Shown here piece after piece: positions 18,656 through 27,608 of a stretch of DNA of 64,000 nt (position 1 is its first letter; each line of letters begins with the position of its first letter). The position numbers and the translations under genes are program-made. The notes below the pieces were generated by a model, which saw only the letters and a program-made list of their open reading frames with translations, ran no database searches and had not been told where the DNA came from. Source of the stretch: Terriglobia bacterium (lineage in GTDB: Bacteria > Acidobacteriota > Polarisedimenticolia > Polarisedimenticolales > JAIQFR01); contig CAVVHE010000004.1 of NCBI GenBank assembly GCA_963748015.1, forward strand, positions 608,001 to 672,000. The letters are read 5' to 3'.

Positions 18656-19562
18656 CGACGCTGCGCCCGACAGCACGGCCGCGGGCTTCACGCTGGTGGA
18701 GCTGCTCGTGGCGACGCTGATCGGCCTGGCGATCACCGGGGGCGCGCTGACGCTGGCGCTGTCGGGGAGGAGCATCTACCAGACCGACCAGAAACGGACG
18801 TCGGTCAACCAGAACCTCCGCGCCGGCATGGATCTCCTGGGAACCGACCTTCGCCAGGCGGGCGAGCGGGTGCCGGCCGACGTGCCGGCGGTCGAGGTCG
18901 CTTCCGGAGCCGGCGGAGCTCCCGATACCCTCGTGCTGCGGCGCAACCTGCTCGACGCCGTGCTTCCGGTATGCGCGAGCATCACGGGGGGCGCGAGCGC
19001 CGCGGATGTCGTCGTGGCGGACCGTGGGCCGAGTCCTCCGACCGGGTGCGCGCCGGTGCCGGACCAGGACGCCGACGGGTGGCCGGACAACATGGGGGCG
19101 TGGAAGTCCTACCGGCAGGCCAACGGCGGCCGGGTCCTGGCCTTCATCTACAACCCGGTCGGCAGGTACGGCGAGTTCTTCACCTACGACTCGGAAGACA
19201 GCGCGGCCGGCTCGATCCACGCGGCGAGCAGCAGCAACTGGGCGCACTCCTACAGGGTGGGCGAGCAGTGCCGCGTGTACGTCCTGGAGGAGCGCTCCTA
19301 CCGGCTCAACGGCGGACTGCTCCAGCTCGTGATCGACGGGGACGAGGACAACCCCCTGAATCTCGTGTGCGAGGTCACCGATTTCCAGGCTCGCGCCGTC
19401 ATGCGCGACGGCTCGATTCTCGATTCGTTGGGCCCGGCGGACTCTTGGACCGACCTGCTGTCGGTCGAGGTGACGCTGCGCGGCGAGGCGTCGTTCGCCG
19501 GGCGCACGCTCGTGCGCTCGCTGTCGGCGCGTTTCTTTCCTCGCAACCTGCTTTCCCGGTGA
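18606..19562 (+). CDS. PilW/GspJ-like minor prepilin (start uncertain)
   Basis: AG|FTLVELLVATLIGL; DLRQAG; C-terminal FFPRN. Confidence 0.85.
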   Translation: MESGSSRPRPYSHGSADDAAPDSTAAGFTLVELLVATLIGLAITGGALTLALSGRSIYQTDQKRTSVNQNLRAGMDLLGTDLRQAGERVPADVPAVEVASGAGGAPDTLVLRRNLLDAVLPVCASITGGASAADVVVADRGPSPPTGCAPVPDQDADGWPDNMGAWKSYRQANGGRVLAFIYNPVGRYGEFFTYDSEDSAAGSIHAASSSNWAHSYRVGEQCRVYVLEERSYRLNGGLLQLVIDGDEDNPLNLVCEVTDFQARAVMRDGSILDSLGPADSWTDLLSVEVTLRGEASFAGRTLVRSLSARFFPRNLLSR

Positions 19563-19573
19563 GGAGGCTTGCC

Positions 19574-21345
19574 ATGTCGAACCCTCGCGACGAGCGGGGC
19601 TTCGTCCTCGTGACCGTGCTGCTGCTCCTGGCGCTGCTGATGTCGCTCCTGACCGGGTACTTCGTGCTGACGCGGATGGAGCTGTCGACGACCCGCTCGA
19701 CGCTCGACGGAACGCGCGGGTTTTACGCTTCGGAGGCGGGACTCAACCTCAGGGCCGAGGCGATCCGCGTGCGGTTCCTCGGGTACAACCGGCCCGCGGG
19801 AACGACCCCCTCGAGCGCTGCGGGAAGCGTGCCCTGCGCCTCGGGGAACACCGGGGCCGGGGACTTCCAGTGCGCGACCTACGCGCTGGGGGGCCGCACG
19901 GCGACGACCTACCTCTCCGAGGACGCGGCGAACCCCACGGCGATCGTGATCCCCCGGGGCGAGCTCTACCAGAACCTCAACGCGCAGGAGTACGGCTACC
20001 GCGCCTACTCCCAGGCTACCAGCCTCGAGGGGCGCACGGAGGCGATCCTCGAGATGCACTTCAAGAGCCGCCTGGTGCCGCTGTTCCAGTTCGCGGTCTT
20101 CTACAACAAGGACCTCGAGATGCTCCCGGGCCAGAACATGGCGCTCGCAGGGCCGGTCCACAGCAACGGCGACATCTACCTCGGCGCGGAGAGCGGCCGG
20201 ACGTTCGACGTGAACGGCCAGGTCACGACGGCGGGGGACATCTACAGGGGAAGGAAGAACGCGAACACCTGCATGACGGGCGCCGTGCGGGTCTACGACC
20301 CTCTGACCGCGAGGGCCCTACCCGCTTGCACATCGGGCAGGAGGCTCTACTCGGAGGGCGAGTTCGCCGCCTGGAACGGGATGATCCGGACCCGGGTCGA
20401 GCCGGTGACGGTTCCGGAGCCCGAGATCCTCGACCCGACGCCGGGGGCCACCTATTGGGACAAGTCCGACCTCAGGATCGTGCTGAATCTCAACACCGGC
20501 TCCCCCGCGGTCGAGATCCGGAACGCGAACAGGACCGCGGACGCGATCCGCACCGCCGCGCTCGGGGCGTGCGGCGCCGCGACCACCTCGGCCGCGTTCT
20601 ACAACAACCGTGAGGGGAAGTCGATCCGCATGCTGGACGTGGACCTGCGAGGCGTGCTCGACTGCATCCAGTCCGCGACGCTGCTCGACGCCGGGAAAGG
20701 GCTCGACGACAGCTCCGAGGGAGGGCTTGTCTTCTACCTGGGCGTGGACGGTCCCGCGAGCTCGGCGTCAACGGTTACGGCGTCCGGGTGAAGAACGGCG
20801 CGACGCTGGCGTCATCGATCGCGGGCGCGCCGGCGATCAAGGGCCTGACCGTCGTGACGGACCAGGCGGTATACGTTCAGGGAAGCTACAACAGCAACTC
20901 GAAGAAGCCGGCCGCCTTCCTGGCCGACTCCCTGAACATCCTCTCGAACGCCTGGACCGACGCGAACAGCGCTCTGGCGCTCAACTCCCGCGTCGCCTCG
21001 ACCACCACGATCAACGCCGCGTTCCTGGCGGGCACGGATTCGACGGGAGGCGCCGAGGGGGCGGCCGGGCGGGACGCCGGCGAGTACAACGGAGGCGTGG
21101 AGAATTACCCGCGCCTGCACGAGAAGTGGTCGTCGGCGACGCTGAACTACCTCGGGTCTTTCGTGAGCCTCGGTACGCCGCGTCACGTCAACGGCTTGTG
21201 GGTGTACGGGGCGCCTCAGTACGAGGCGCCCACGCGAAACTTCCGCTACGACACCGACTTCAACGATGCCGCCAAGCTGCCGCCGCTCACGCCTCGCTTC
21301 GTCTATCTCCGGCAGGACCTGTTCGTGCGGCAGTTCGGGTCGTGA
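19574..21345 (+). CDS. PilX/GspK-like large minor pilin; 1-nt deletion near 20765
   Basis: GAGGAGG RBS; RG|FVLVTVLLLL (no E+5, as in PilX); FYASEAG; GPVHSNGDI; frame switch GPASS|GVNGYGVRVKNG; GGVENYPRLHEKW; repaired length 590 aa. Confidence 0.8.
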
Positions 21346-21463
21346 TGCCGCGGGACGACGCGCAGGCCGAGCCTCCGAAGGCCCGCCGTTCACGGGTGAG
21401 CGGCTCGGGGTGAGGAGCGCCGATCGCGGCGGGGTAGGGAACGGAATCGAGGAGGGACCTCCG

Positions 21464-21862
21464 ATGGGGGACGAGAGCCGAGCGATCGGCCCGGGCGAAG
21501 CGGTGGCGGTGCCGAACGAGCGTCGAGCGCAACCCCGACTCGGCCTGGCGCTTCCGGCGGATACCTGCGTGTTGCTGCCCACTCCCGGGGCGGAAGGGGA
21601 GGAATGCGCGGCGCCGATCCGCGACATCAGCTACGGGGGCCTGTCCTTCCGGGTCACCGCCGCGACTCCGTGGATCGAGGAGGGCTGGGTCGGCCGGGCG
21701 CGGCTGCGCTTCGGCGGGCGCGTCATCGGCGGGAACCTGCTCGTGGTCCACGTCGCAGCGGACGCGGAGTCGGGAACGGTCTGCGGCGCGATGTTCTTCG
21801 CCGCGAGCAAGGACGACCGCATGACGCTTCGCGAGGTCCTGTCGGAGCTGGGGCGATCCTGA
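21464..21862 (+). CDS. PilZ-domain (c-di-GMP receptor) protein
   Basis: ERRAQPR (RxxxR) and DISYGG (DxSxxG); GAGGAGGG RBS. Confidence 0.85.
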   Translation: MGDESRAIGPGEAVAVPNERRAQPRLGLALPADTCVLLPTPGAEGEECAAPIRDISYGGLSFRVTAATPWIEEGWVGRARLRFGGRVIGGNLLVVHVAADAESGTVCGAMFFAASKDDRMTLREVLSELGRS

Positions 21863-21874
21863 GGCGGCGCCGGA

Positions 21875-23341
21875 TCAGCAGTTCCGCTTGAGATGGCGAT
21901 AGACCTCTCCTCCGCGGTGGATCCGCACCTCGAGCGGCATCTGCCCCGGCAGGCTGTGGGTGGCGCAGCTGAAGCAGGGGTCGAAGGCGCGGAACGCCAT
22001 CTCGATCCGGTTCAGGATCCCCTCGGTCGGCTCGACGCCGGGGCGAATCATCTCTTTCGCGACCTTCTTCGTGACCATGTGGATCGGGGCGTTGTTGTTC
22101 GTGGTCCCGACGATCAGGTTCGCGCTGGTGCAGATCCCGCGCTCGTCGCAGGTGTAGTGGTGGGTCAGGGTGCCGCGCATCGCCTCGACGATACCGACCC
22201 CAACGCCTGTGATCCGCTCGGGGATGACCCGGAACTGCTCGCCGGTGATCTCCGGGTCCTTGCAGTAACGGAGGAGCGTCTCGGCGTTCTGGACCATCTC
22301 GACGAGCCTCGCCCAGTGCTGCGCGAGGAGGGCCCGGCACGGCTTTTGCGCGAGGGTGGAGAACATCTCCTCGTAGGCCTCCTGCGCTTTCGGCGTCGCC
22401 ATCCGGTCGGCGACGTTGAGTCGCGCCAGAGGTGTGGCGCAGTAGATGCTGGAGTCGATCCCCTCGACGAACCCTTTCCACCCGCGCTTCCTGAGGTAGG
22501 GGAACTTCAGATAGGTCCACGGCTCGACGTGCTCGCCGACGTGCTCGGCGTACTCCTCCGCCTCGTACTTGCAGATCTCCTTCCCCTCGAAGTCCACGAC
22601 CCGGACCTTCCCGTCGTAGAAGTTCGGGGCGTTGTTCTCGTCCACGAGCCCCATCTGCTGCACGTCGAGCGTGTAGGGGCCGTGGAGGATCAGCTCCACG
22701 TACGCCGGGTTCCCGAGCACGACGTCCCGGAAGATCTTCAGCGAGAACTGGGTGAAGTCGTAGAGCTCGTCGACCATGGGCCGGATCTGGTCCAACTCCT
22801 CTTTCTTCAGTCCCTTGGACACGCCGCCGGGCAGGCACCAGACCAGGTGGGTCGTCTTGCCGCCGAGGATCTGCTGGATGGACTGCGCCTGCGCTCGCGA
22901 CTTGATGACCTTGCCGCCGATCTCGAGGCCGACCTTGGCGACGACCCCGAGGATGTTGCGGGTGGCCGGGTCGGCGTCGGGCCCGCAGACGAAGTCCGGG
23001 GCGGCCAGGGCGTAGAAATGCGCGATGTGGCTGTGGATGTAGTGCGCCTGGTAGTACATGTCGCGCAGCTTCACCGCGAGCGGAGCGATCTGCTTCCCGA
23101 AGCACCCGTCCACGGCCTTCGCACTCGCCATGTGGTGGCTGGCGGGACAGACGCCGCAGATGCGCGTGACGATCCGGGGAAGCTCCTCGATCGGCCGCCC
23201 CACCACGAAGCGCTCGAACCCCCTGAGCTCGGGAATCTGGAAGTAGCAATCCTCCACGGCCCCCGTGGAATCCAGGAAGATCTCGATCTTCCCGTGCCCC
23301 TCGAGCCGCGTGATCGGGTCGATGCGGATGTGCCTGCCCAT
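21875..23341 (-). CDS. mvhA: [NiFe]-hydrogenase large subunit, MvhA-type (operon 2)
   Basis: TRLEGHG, RICGVC (L1), DPCFSCATH (L2) followed by a cleavable C-terminal extension. Confidence 0.93.
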   Translation of the reverse strand: MGRHIRIDPITRLEGHGKIEIFLDSTGAVEDCYFQIPELRGFERFVVGRPIEELPRIVTRICGVCPASHHMASAKAVDGCFGKQIAPLAVKLRDMYYQAHYIHSHIAHFYALAAPDFVCGPDADPATRNILGVVAKVGLEIGGKVIKSRAQAQSIQQILGGKTTHLVWCLPGGVSKGLKKEELDQIRPMVDELYDFTQFSLKIFRDVVLGNPAYVELILHGPYTLDVQQMGLVDENNAPNFYDGKVRVVDFEGKEICKYEAEEYAEHVGEHVEPWTYLKFPYLRKRGWKGFVEGIDSSIYCATPLARLNVADRMATPKAQEAYEEMFSTLAQKPCRALLAQHWARLVEMVQNAETLLRYCKDPEITGEQFRVIPERITGVGVGIVEAMRGTLTHHYTCDERGICTSANLIVGTTNNNAPIHMVTKKVAKEMIRPGVEPTEGILNRIEMAFRAFDPCFSCATHSLPGQMPLEVRIHRGGEVYRHLKRNC

Positions 23342-24303
23342 CAGCGGATGCTCCTCTGAAGCAGCGAACCGGGGAGCGCGAAGCGGTACGCGTACCCCAG
23401 GAAGTCGGGAAGGCCGCCGAGGATCCGGTCGATCTCCTGCGGGTCCCGGCTGTCGACGATCGAGGAGACGGCGCTCAGGAGCTTCGCCCCCTGGTCGCGC
23501 ACGCCGGGGGCGGGACCGTAGCAGCCCCGGCAGGGCATCCCGCTATTCGGGCAGCGGACCCCGCAGCCGGAGCGCGTCGCGGACCCGGAGCAGAGGATGC
23601 CCTGCTCCATCAGGCAGAGCTCCGGATCCTGGAGGATCTCCCAGGGCCGGTAGAACTGCTTCACCTTCTTTTCTTTCTTGACCCGCTTGCAGTCGTCGCA
23701 CACCGTGCGCTCGGAAGCCCCCACGACGCTTTTTCTGGGCGGCAGCGCACCCGTGGCGATCGCCTGGACGACGGCCTTGACCTGGTCCGGGGCGGGAGGG
23801 CAGCCGGGAACGTAGTAGTCCACGTCCACGACGTCGTCGAGCTTGTAGACCCGCTTGTAGAAGTGCGGGATCTCGAGGTCGCCGCTCTCCACGTGAGTCT
23901 GCGTGAGCGGGACGGTGCGGTTCCCGGGCTGGATGGAGGGGTTGTTGAGGTAGGCCCGCTCGAAGATCTCTTCCTTGGTGAACTGGTTGGCGAGGCCGGG
24001 AATCCCTCCGAGGTGCGCGCAGGACCCGAAGGCGACGAGGAGCTTGCTCTTCCGCCGCAGGAGCTTCGCCACGTGCTCGTTCTCGCTGTTCCTCACCGCG
24101 CCGTTGAACAAGGTCAGGTCGAGCTCGCCGTCCGCCATGGCCTCGACGTCGGCGTACTTGCCGTCGGTCGCGATCGGCCACAGCCGGATGTCCGCGAGCG
24201 CGGCGATGTCGAGGATGAACTCGTTCGTGTCCAGGACCGCGACGTCGCAACCCCCGCACGCGGCTCCCCAGTAGAGCGCGATCTGGAGCTTCCGGTCGGC
24301 CAT
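23341..24303 (-). CDS. mvhG: [NiFe]-hydrogenase small subunit, MvhG-type (operon 2)
   Basis: CGGC, GSCA, PGCPP, VCDDC, GILC..CGVRC..PCRGCYG; no Tat signal. Confidence 0.92.
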   Translation of the reverse strand: MADRKLQIALYWGAACGGCDVAVLDTNEFILDIAALADIRLWPIATDGKYADVEAMADGELDLTLFNGAVRNSENEHVAKLLRRKSKLLVAFGSCAHLGGIPGLANQFTKEEIFERAYLNNPSIQPGNRTVPLTQTHVESGDLEIPHFYKRVYKLDDVVDVDYYVPGCPPAPDQVKAVVQAIATGALPPRKSVVGASERTVCDDCKRVKKEKKVKQFYRPWEILQDPELCLMEQGILCSGSATRSGCGVRCPNSGMPCRGCYGPAPGVRDQGAKLLSAVSSIVDSRDPQEIDRILGGLPDFLGYAYRFALPGSLLQRSIR

Positions 24304-24305
24304 GT

Positions 24306-24740
24306 TCACCTCTCCACCCGGTCCGTGGCGAGAACGGTACGCACCTTGCACGGGCCGAGGGCGCGGATCCGGTTGGTCATGTCGTCCACCACGTCCGCGA
24401 ACCTCCGCCCCTCGCTCGCGCTCACCCACTCGAGGCGGACCCTGTCGTCCTCGATCCCGAAGTCGGCGAGCATGCGCTTCAGGAGCGGCATGCGGCGGAG
24501 GGTCTTGTAGTTCCCTTCCGAATAGTGGCAGTCGCCGGGGTGGCAGCCGCACAGCAGCACGCCGTCGGCCCCCGAGGCGAAGGCCTCGAGTACGAAGGTC
24601 GGGTCCACCCTCGCGGAGCACATCACGCGGATCGACCGCACGTTGGGCTGGTACTTGATGCGGCTCGTTCCCGCGAGGTCGGCGCCCGTGTACGAGCACC
24701 AGTTGCAGAGGAAGCCGACTATCCTCGGCTCGAAACCCAT
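24306..24740 (-). CDS. mvhD: MvhD/FlpD [2Fe-2S] subunit (operon 2)
   Basis: FLCNWCSYTGAD, VMCSARVDP, GCHPGDCHY, WVSASEG. Confidence 0.95.
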   Translation of the reverse strand: MGFEPRIVGFLCNWCSYTGADLAGTSRIKYQPNVRSIRVMCSARVDPTFVLEAFASGADGVLLCGCHPGDCHYSEGNYKTLRRMPLLKRMLADFGIEDDRVRLEWVSASEGRRFADVVDDMTNRIRALGPCKVRTVLATDRVER

Positions 24741-26446
24741 TCCAGCACCCCCTCGATCTCCGCTCGGATCTGACGGTCGGTGAAGTGCCGCCCCTTGATC
24801 GCGCCCGAAGGGCAGGCGGCGACGCAGCACCCGCAGGCCTTGCACATCGCGCTGTTCACGTGGCTCCGGCGCTTCGCCTCGTCGTACTCGATGGCGGTGT
24901 AGGGACAGAGCTCGTTGCACATCCTGCACCCCGAGCAGCGCTCCTCGTCCACCTCGGCGAACACCGCGTCCACCTCGATTCGGCCGTGGACGATCTTCGC
25001 GAGGATCCTGGCGGACGCGGCCTCCGCCTGGGCCACGGAGCCCGGGATTCCCTTCGGCGCCTGGCAGGCCCCCGCGATGAAGACGCCGTCGGTGGTCGTC
25101 GCGACGGGGTCGAGCTTCGGGTGGCTCTCGATGAACCAGCCGTCCTTGTCCTGGCTGATGTTCACGAGGTGGGCGACGTGTCCCGAGTCGTCGCGCGCCT
25201 CCATGCCGACCATGAGGACCACCAGGTCGGCCGGGACCTCGATCTCCTCGCCCGAGAGAAGCTCCTTGACGCGGATGAGCATCTCGCAGTCGTCCTGCGG
25301 GCCCGAGGCGACGATCTCCGGATCCCCGCCCTTCTTGTACATCAGGAACATCGTCTTCATCTCGGCGGAGCGCTTGTAGAAGTCCTCGCATCCCTTCCCG
25401 AACGCATGCATGTCGATGTAGAGGTCGTACACGTAGCTCTTCGGGATCGCCGACTTGATCTCCTGTCCGTACTTGAGGGCGGTCATGCAGCAGACGCGCG
25501 AGCAGTAGCCGTGCCACTTCGGGCTGCGGCTGCCGACGCAGTGGATCAGCGCCACGTATTGCGGCACTTTCCCGCCGCGGGTCAGGACCCGCCCCTCGCG
25601 GAGCATCGCTTCGAACTCGAACGAGGTGACGACGTTCGGGAGCCGCCCGTAGCCGTATTCCTCGACCCGGGAGGCGTCGAACTCGCGGTAGCCGGTGCAC
25701 ACGACCACGGAGCCCACGGGAGACTCGATCGGGCCTTCCGGCGAGAGGATCCTGGCCCGGAAGTTCCCGACATACCCCTGGAATTCCGTGAGCTCCGCCC
25801 GGAGCAGCACCCGGATCCTCGGGTGCGCCATCACGCGCGAGATCCGGTCCTTCAGGATGTCCCGCGCCGAGTCGAGGTAGGGCGCGGTCAGGTCCACCCT
25901 GGCGAGGTTCCCGCCCAAGCGGTCCGCCTTCTCCACCAGGAGGACCGGCTGCCCCGCGTCGGCGAGCTCGAGGGCCGCGGTGAGGCCGGCGATCCCGCCG
26001 CCGAGAACCAGCGTGGTCGGGCACATGTCCACGTAGCGCTTCTCCAGCGGCTCGTGGAACGGCACGCGCCGGACCGCGGCACCGGTCAGGGCCGTCGCCT
26101 TTTCCGTCGCGGCTCGCGGATCCTCGTGGACCCAGCTGCACTGCTCGCGAATGTTCGCCATCTCGAGGAAGTACGGGTTGATCCCGCCGGTCTGGAGGGC
26201 CTTGCGGAAGGTCGGCTCGTGCATCCTCGGGCTGCACGCGGCGACCACCACCCGGTCGAGGCCGAGATCCTTGATGTCCTGGACGATCATCTCCTGGCCG
26301 GGAGTGGAGCACATGTACTTGTAGGAGCGGGCGACCGTCACGAAGGGCATCTTCGAGGCGGCCTTGGCGACCGCTTCGCAGTCCACCATCTTGGCGATGT
26401 TCGTCCCGCAGTTGCAGATGAAAACGCCGATCTTGCAGTCGTCCAT
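24719..26446 (-). CDS. HdrA/QmoB-like flavoprotein: N-terminal Fe-S domain, FAD/TrxR core and C-terminal 2x[4Fe-4S]; no inserted ferredoxin domain
   Basis: CNCG..YMCS..ACSP..EQCSW; GGGIAG; HCVGSR..YCSRVCC; CSGCRMCNELCP / CKACGCCVAACP. Confidence 0.9.
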   Translation of the reverse strand: MDDCKIGVFICNCGTNIAKMVDCEAVAKAASKMPFVTVARSYKYMCSTPGQEMIVQDIKDLGLDRVVVAACSPRMHEPTFRKALQTGGINPYFLEMANIREQCSWVHEDPRAATEKATALTGAAVRRVPFHEPLEKRYVDMCPTTLVLGGGIAGLTAALELADAGQPVLLVEKADRLGGNLARVDLTAPYLDSARDILKDRISRVMAHPRIRVLLRAELTEFQGYVGNFRARILSPEGPIESPVGSVVVCTGYREFDASRVEEYGYGRLPNVVTSFEFEAMLREGRVLTRGGKVPQYVALIHCVGSRSPKWHGYCSRVCCMTALKYGQEIKSAIPKSYVYDLYIDMHAFGKGCEDFYKRSAEMKTMFLMYKKGGDPEIVASGPQDDCEMLIRVKELLSGEEIEVPADLVVLMVGMEARDDSGHVAHLVNISQDKDGWFIESHPKLDPVATTTDGVFIAGACQAPKGIPGSVAQAEAASARILAKIVHGRIEVDAVFAEVDEERCSGCRMCNELCPYTAIEYDEAKRRSHVNSAMCKACGCCVAACPSGAIKGRHFTDRQIRAEIEGVLEWVSSRG

Positions 26447-26455
26447 CCCGCCTCC

Positions 26456-27598
26456 TCAGGCCGCCTGCGTCTTCGGCGCGGCGCCGGCGAGCCGTTCCTT
26501 TTCCTCGATCGCCTCCGCCTGGAGCTCCGAGAAGTACATGGCCAGCGGGCGGTAGGCGAGGTGGGCCCACTTGCTGAACGGCACCTCGAGGCCGAGCATG
26601 GGCACCACGCCCATCATGTGGATCACGTAGGTCACGTTGGTCGCGACGTTCAGGCCCGCCCGGTGAAGAACGTGCTGGATGATCCCGGTGGCGGCCACGA
26701 AGGCCAGTAGCAGCAGGAAGATCCAGTCGGTCTCGTGGGAGTGCTGGTACTGCGGCTCCGCCTTCTTGATCCTGCCGACGATCGCGAACGCGGTGGTGGC
26801 GAGAAGGCCGACCGTCGCCGCCCAGCCGAAGACGTGCACCCTGAGGTCGATCGGCTCGCGTTGCACGAGGTGGAGAAAGAACATGATGAGGATCAGCATC
26901 GCGAGGTAGCTGCACACGAGCACGAGGTGGATGGCCCACGGTCGCTTCCTGTCGCACTCCCGGTAGCGCTTCTGGGTCATGAAGTGCACGGGCAGGAGCC
27001 AGGCCTTGCGGATGTAGCTGAGCAGCGGGACGCGGAGCTTGCTGTCGTGCCCGATGCTGAACCACCACATGCGGGCGCAGTTCACGAGCAGCAGCGCTAG
27101 GAGGAACATCCCGAGGGCCCAGTCGAACTTGTGGACCGCGGAGGAGGGGAGGAACGCCCCGGGCCCGTCCACCACGTCGAGCCGACCATTGATCGCTCCG
27201 TAGAGCGAGAATCCGAGGCCGGTCAGCAGGGCGACCAGCAGGATCCCCAGCAGCTCGATCTTCCACGACCGGTAGAACAGCCGGGAGATGCCGGTGAAGT
27301 CGTAGCGGGAGGTCAGCCAACGGCGCATGCTCATCATGGTCTCGCCCGGCTCGGCGTCCCGCGGGCACTCCTCGGAGCATTCTCCGCAGTAGTAGCAGAG
27401 CCAGGGCTCGAGGTTGCCCCGCAGCTTGTCCTCGAGACCCATCTGCAGGTAGCGCATCGACTTGCGGGGAAAGAGGAACGGCGCTCTCGAGAACGGGCAG
27501 GTCGCGCTGCAGTTGCCGCAGTGGTAGCACTTGCTGACGTCCTGCGCGCCGTAGAGCTCGAGTTCCTCGATCAGCCTGGGATTGGCCCGGATCGCCAT
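26456..27598 (-). CDS. QmoC-like protein: HdrC-like 2x[4Fe-4S] domain fused to a membrane b-type cytochrome domain
   Basis: CYHCGNCSATCP and WLCYYCGECSEECP; about 6 TM helices with His in WAIH, RVH, YVIH and FSKWAHLAYRP. Confidence 0.85.
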   Translation of the reverse strand: MAIRANPRLIEELELYGAQDVSKCYHCGNCSATCPFSRAPFLFPRKSMRYLQMGLEDKLRGNLEPWLCYYCGECSEECPRDAEPGETMMSMRRWLTSRYDFTGISRLFYRSWKIELLGILLVALLTGLGFSLYGAINGRLDVVDGPGAFLPSSAVHKFDWALGMFLLALLLVNCARMWWFSIGHDSKLRVPLLSYIRKAWLLPVHFMTQKRYRECDRKRPWAIHLVLVCSYLAMLILIMFFLHLVQREPIDLRVHVFGWAATVGLLATTAFAIVGRIKKAEPQYQHSHETDWIFLLLLAFVAATGIIQHVLHRAGLNVATNVTYVIHMMGVVPMLGLEVPFSKWAHLAYRPLAMYFSELQAEAIEEKERLAGAAPKTQAA

Positions 27599-27608
27599 GC
27601 CGTCTCCT

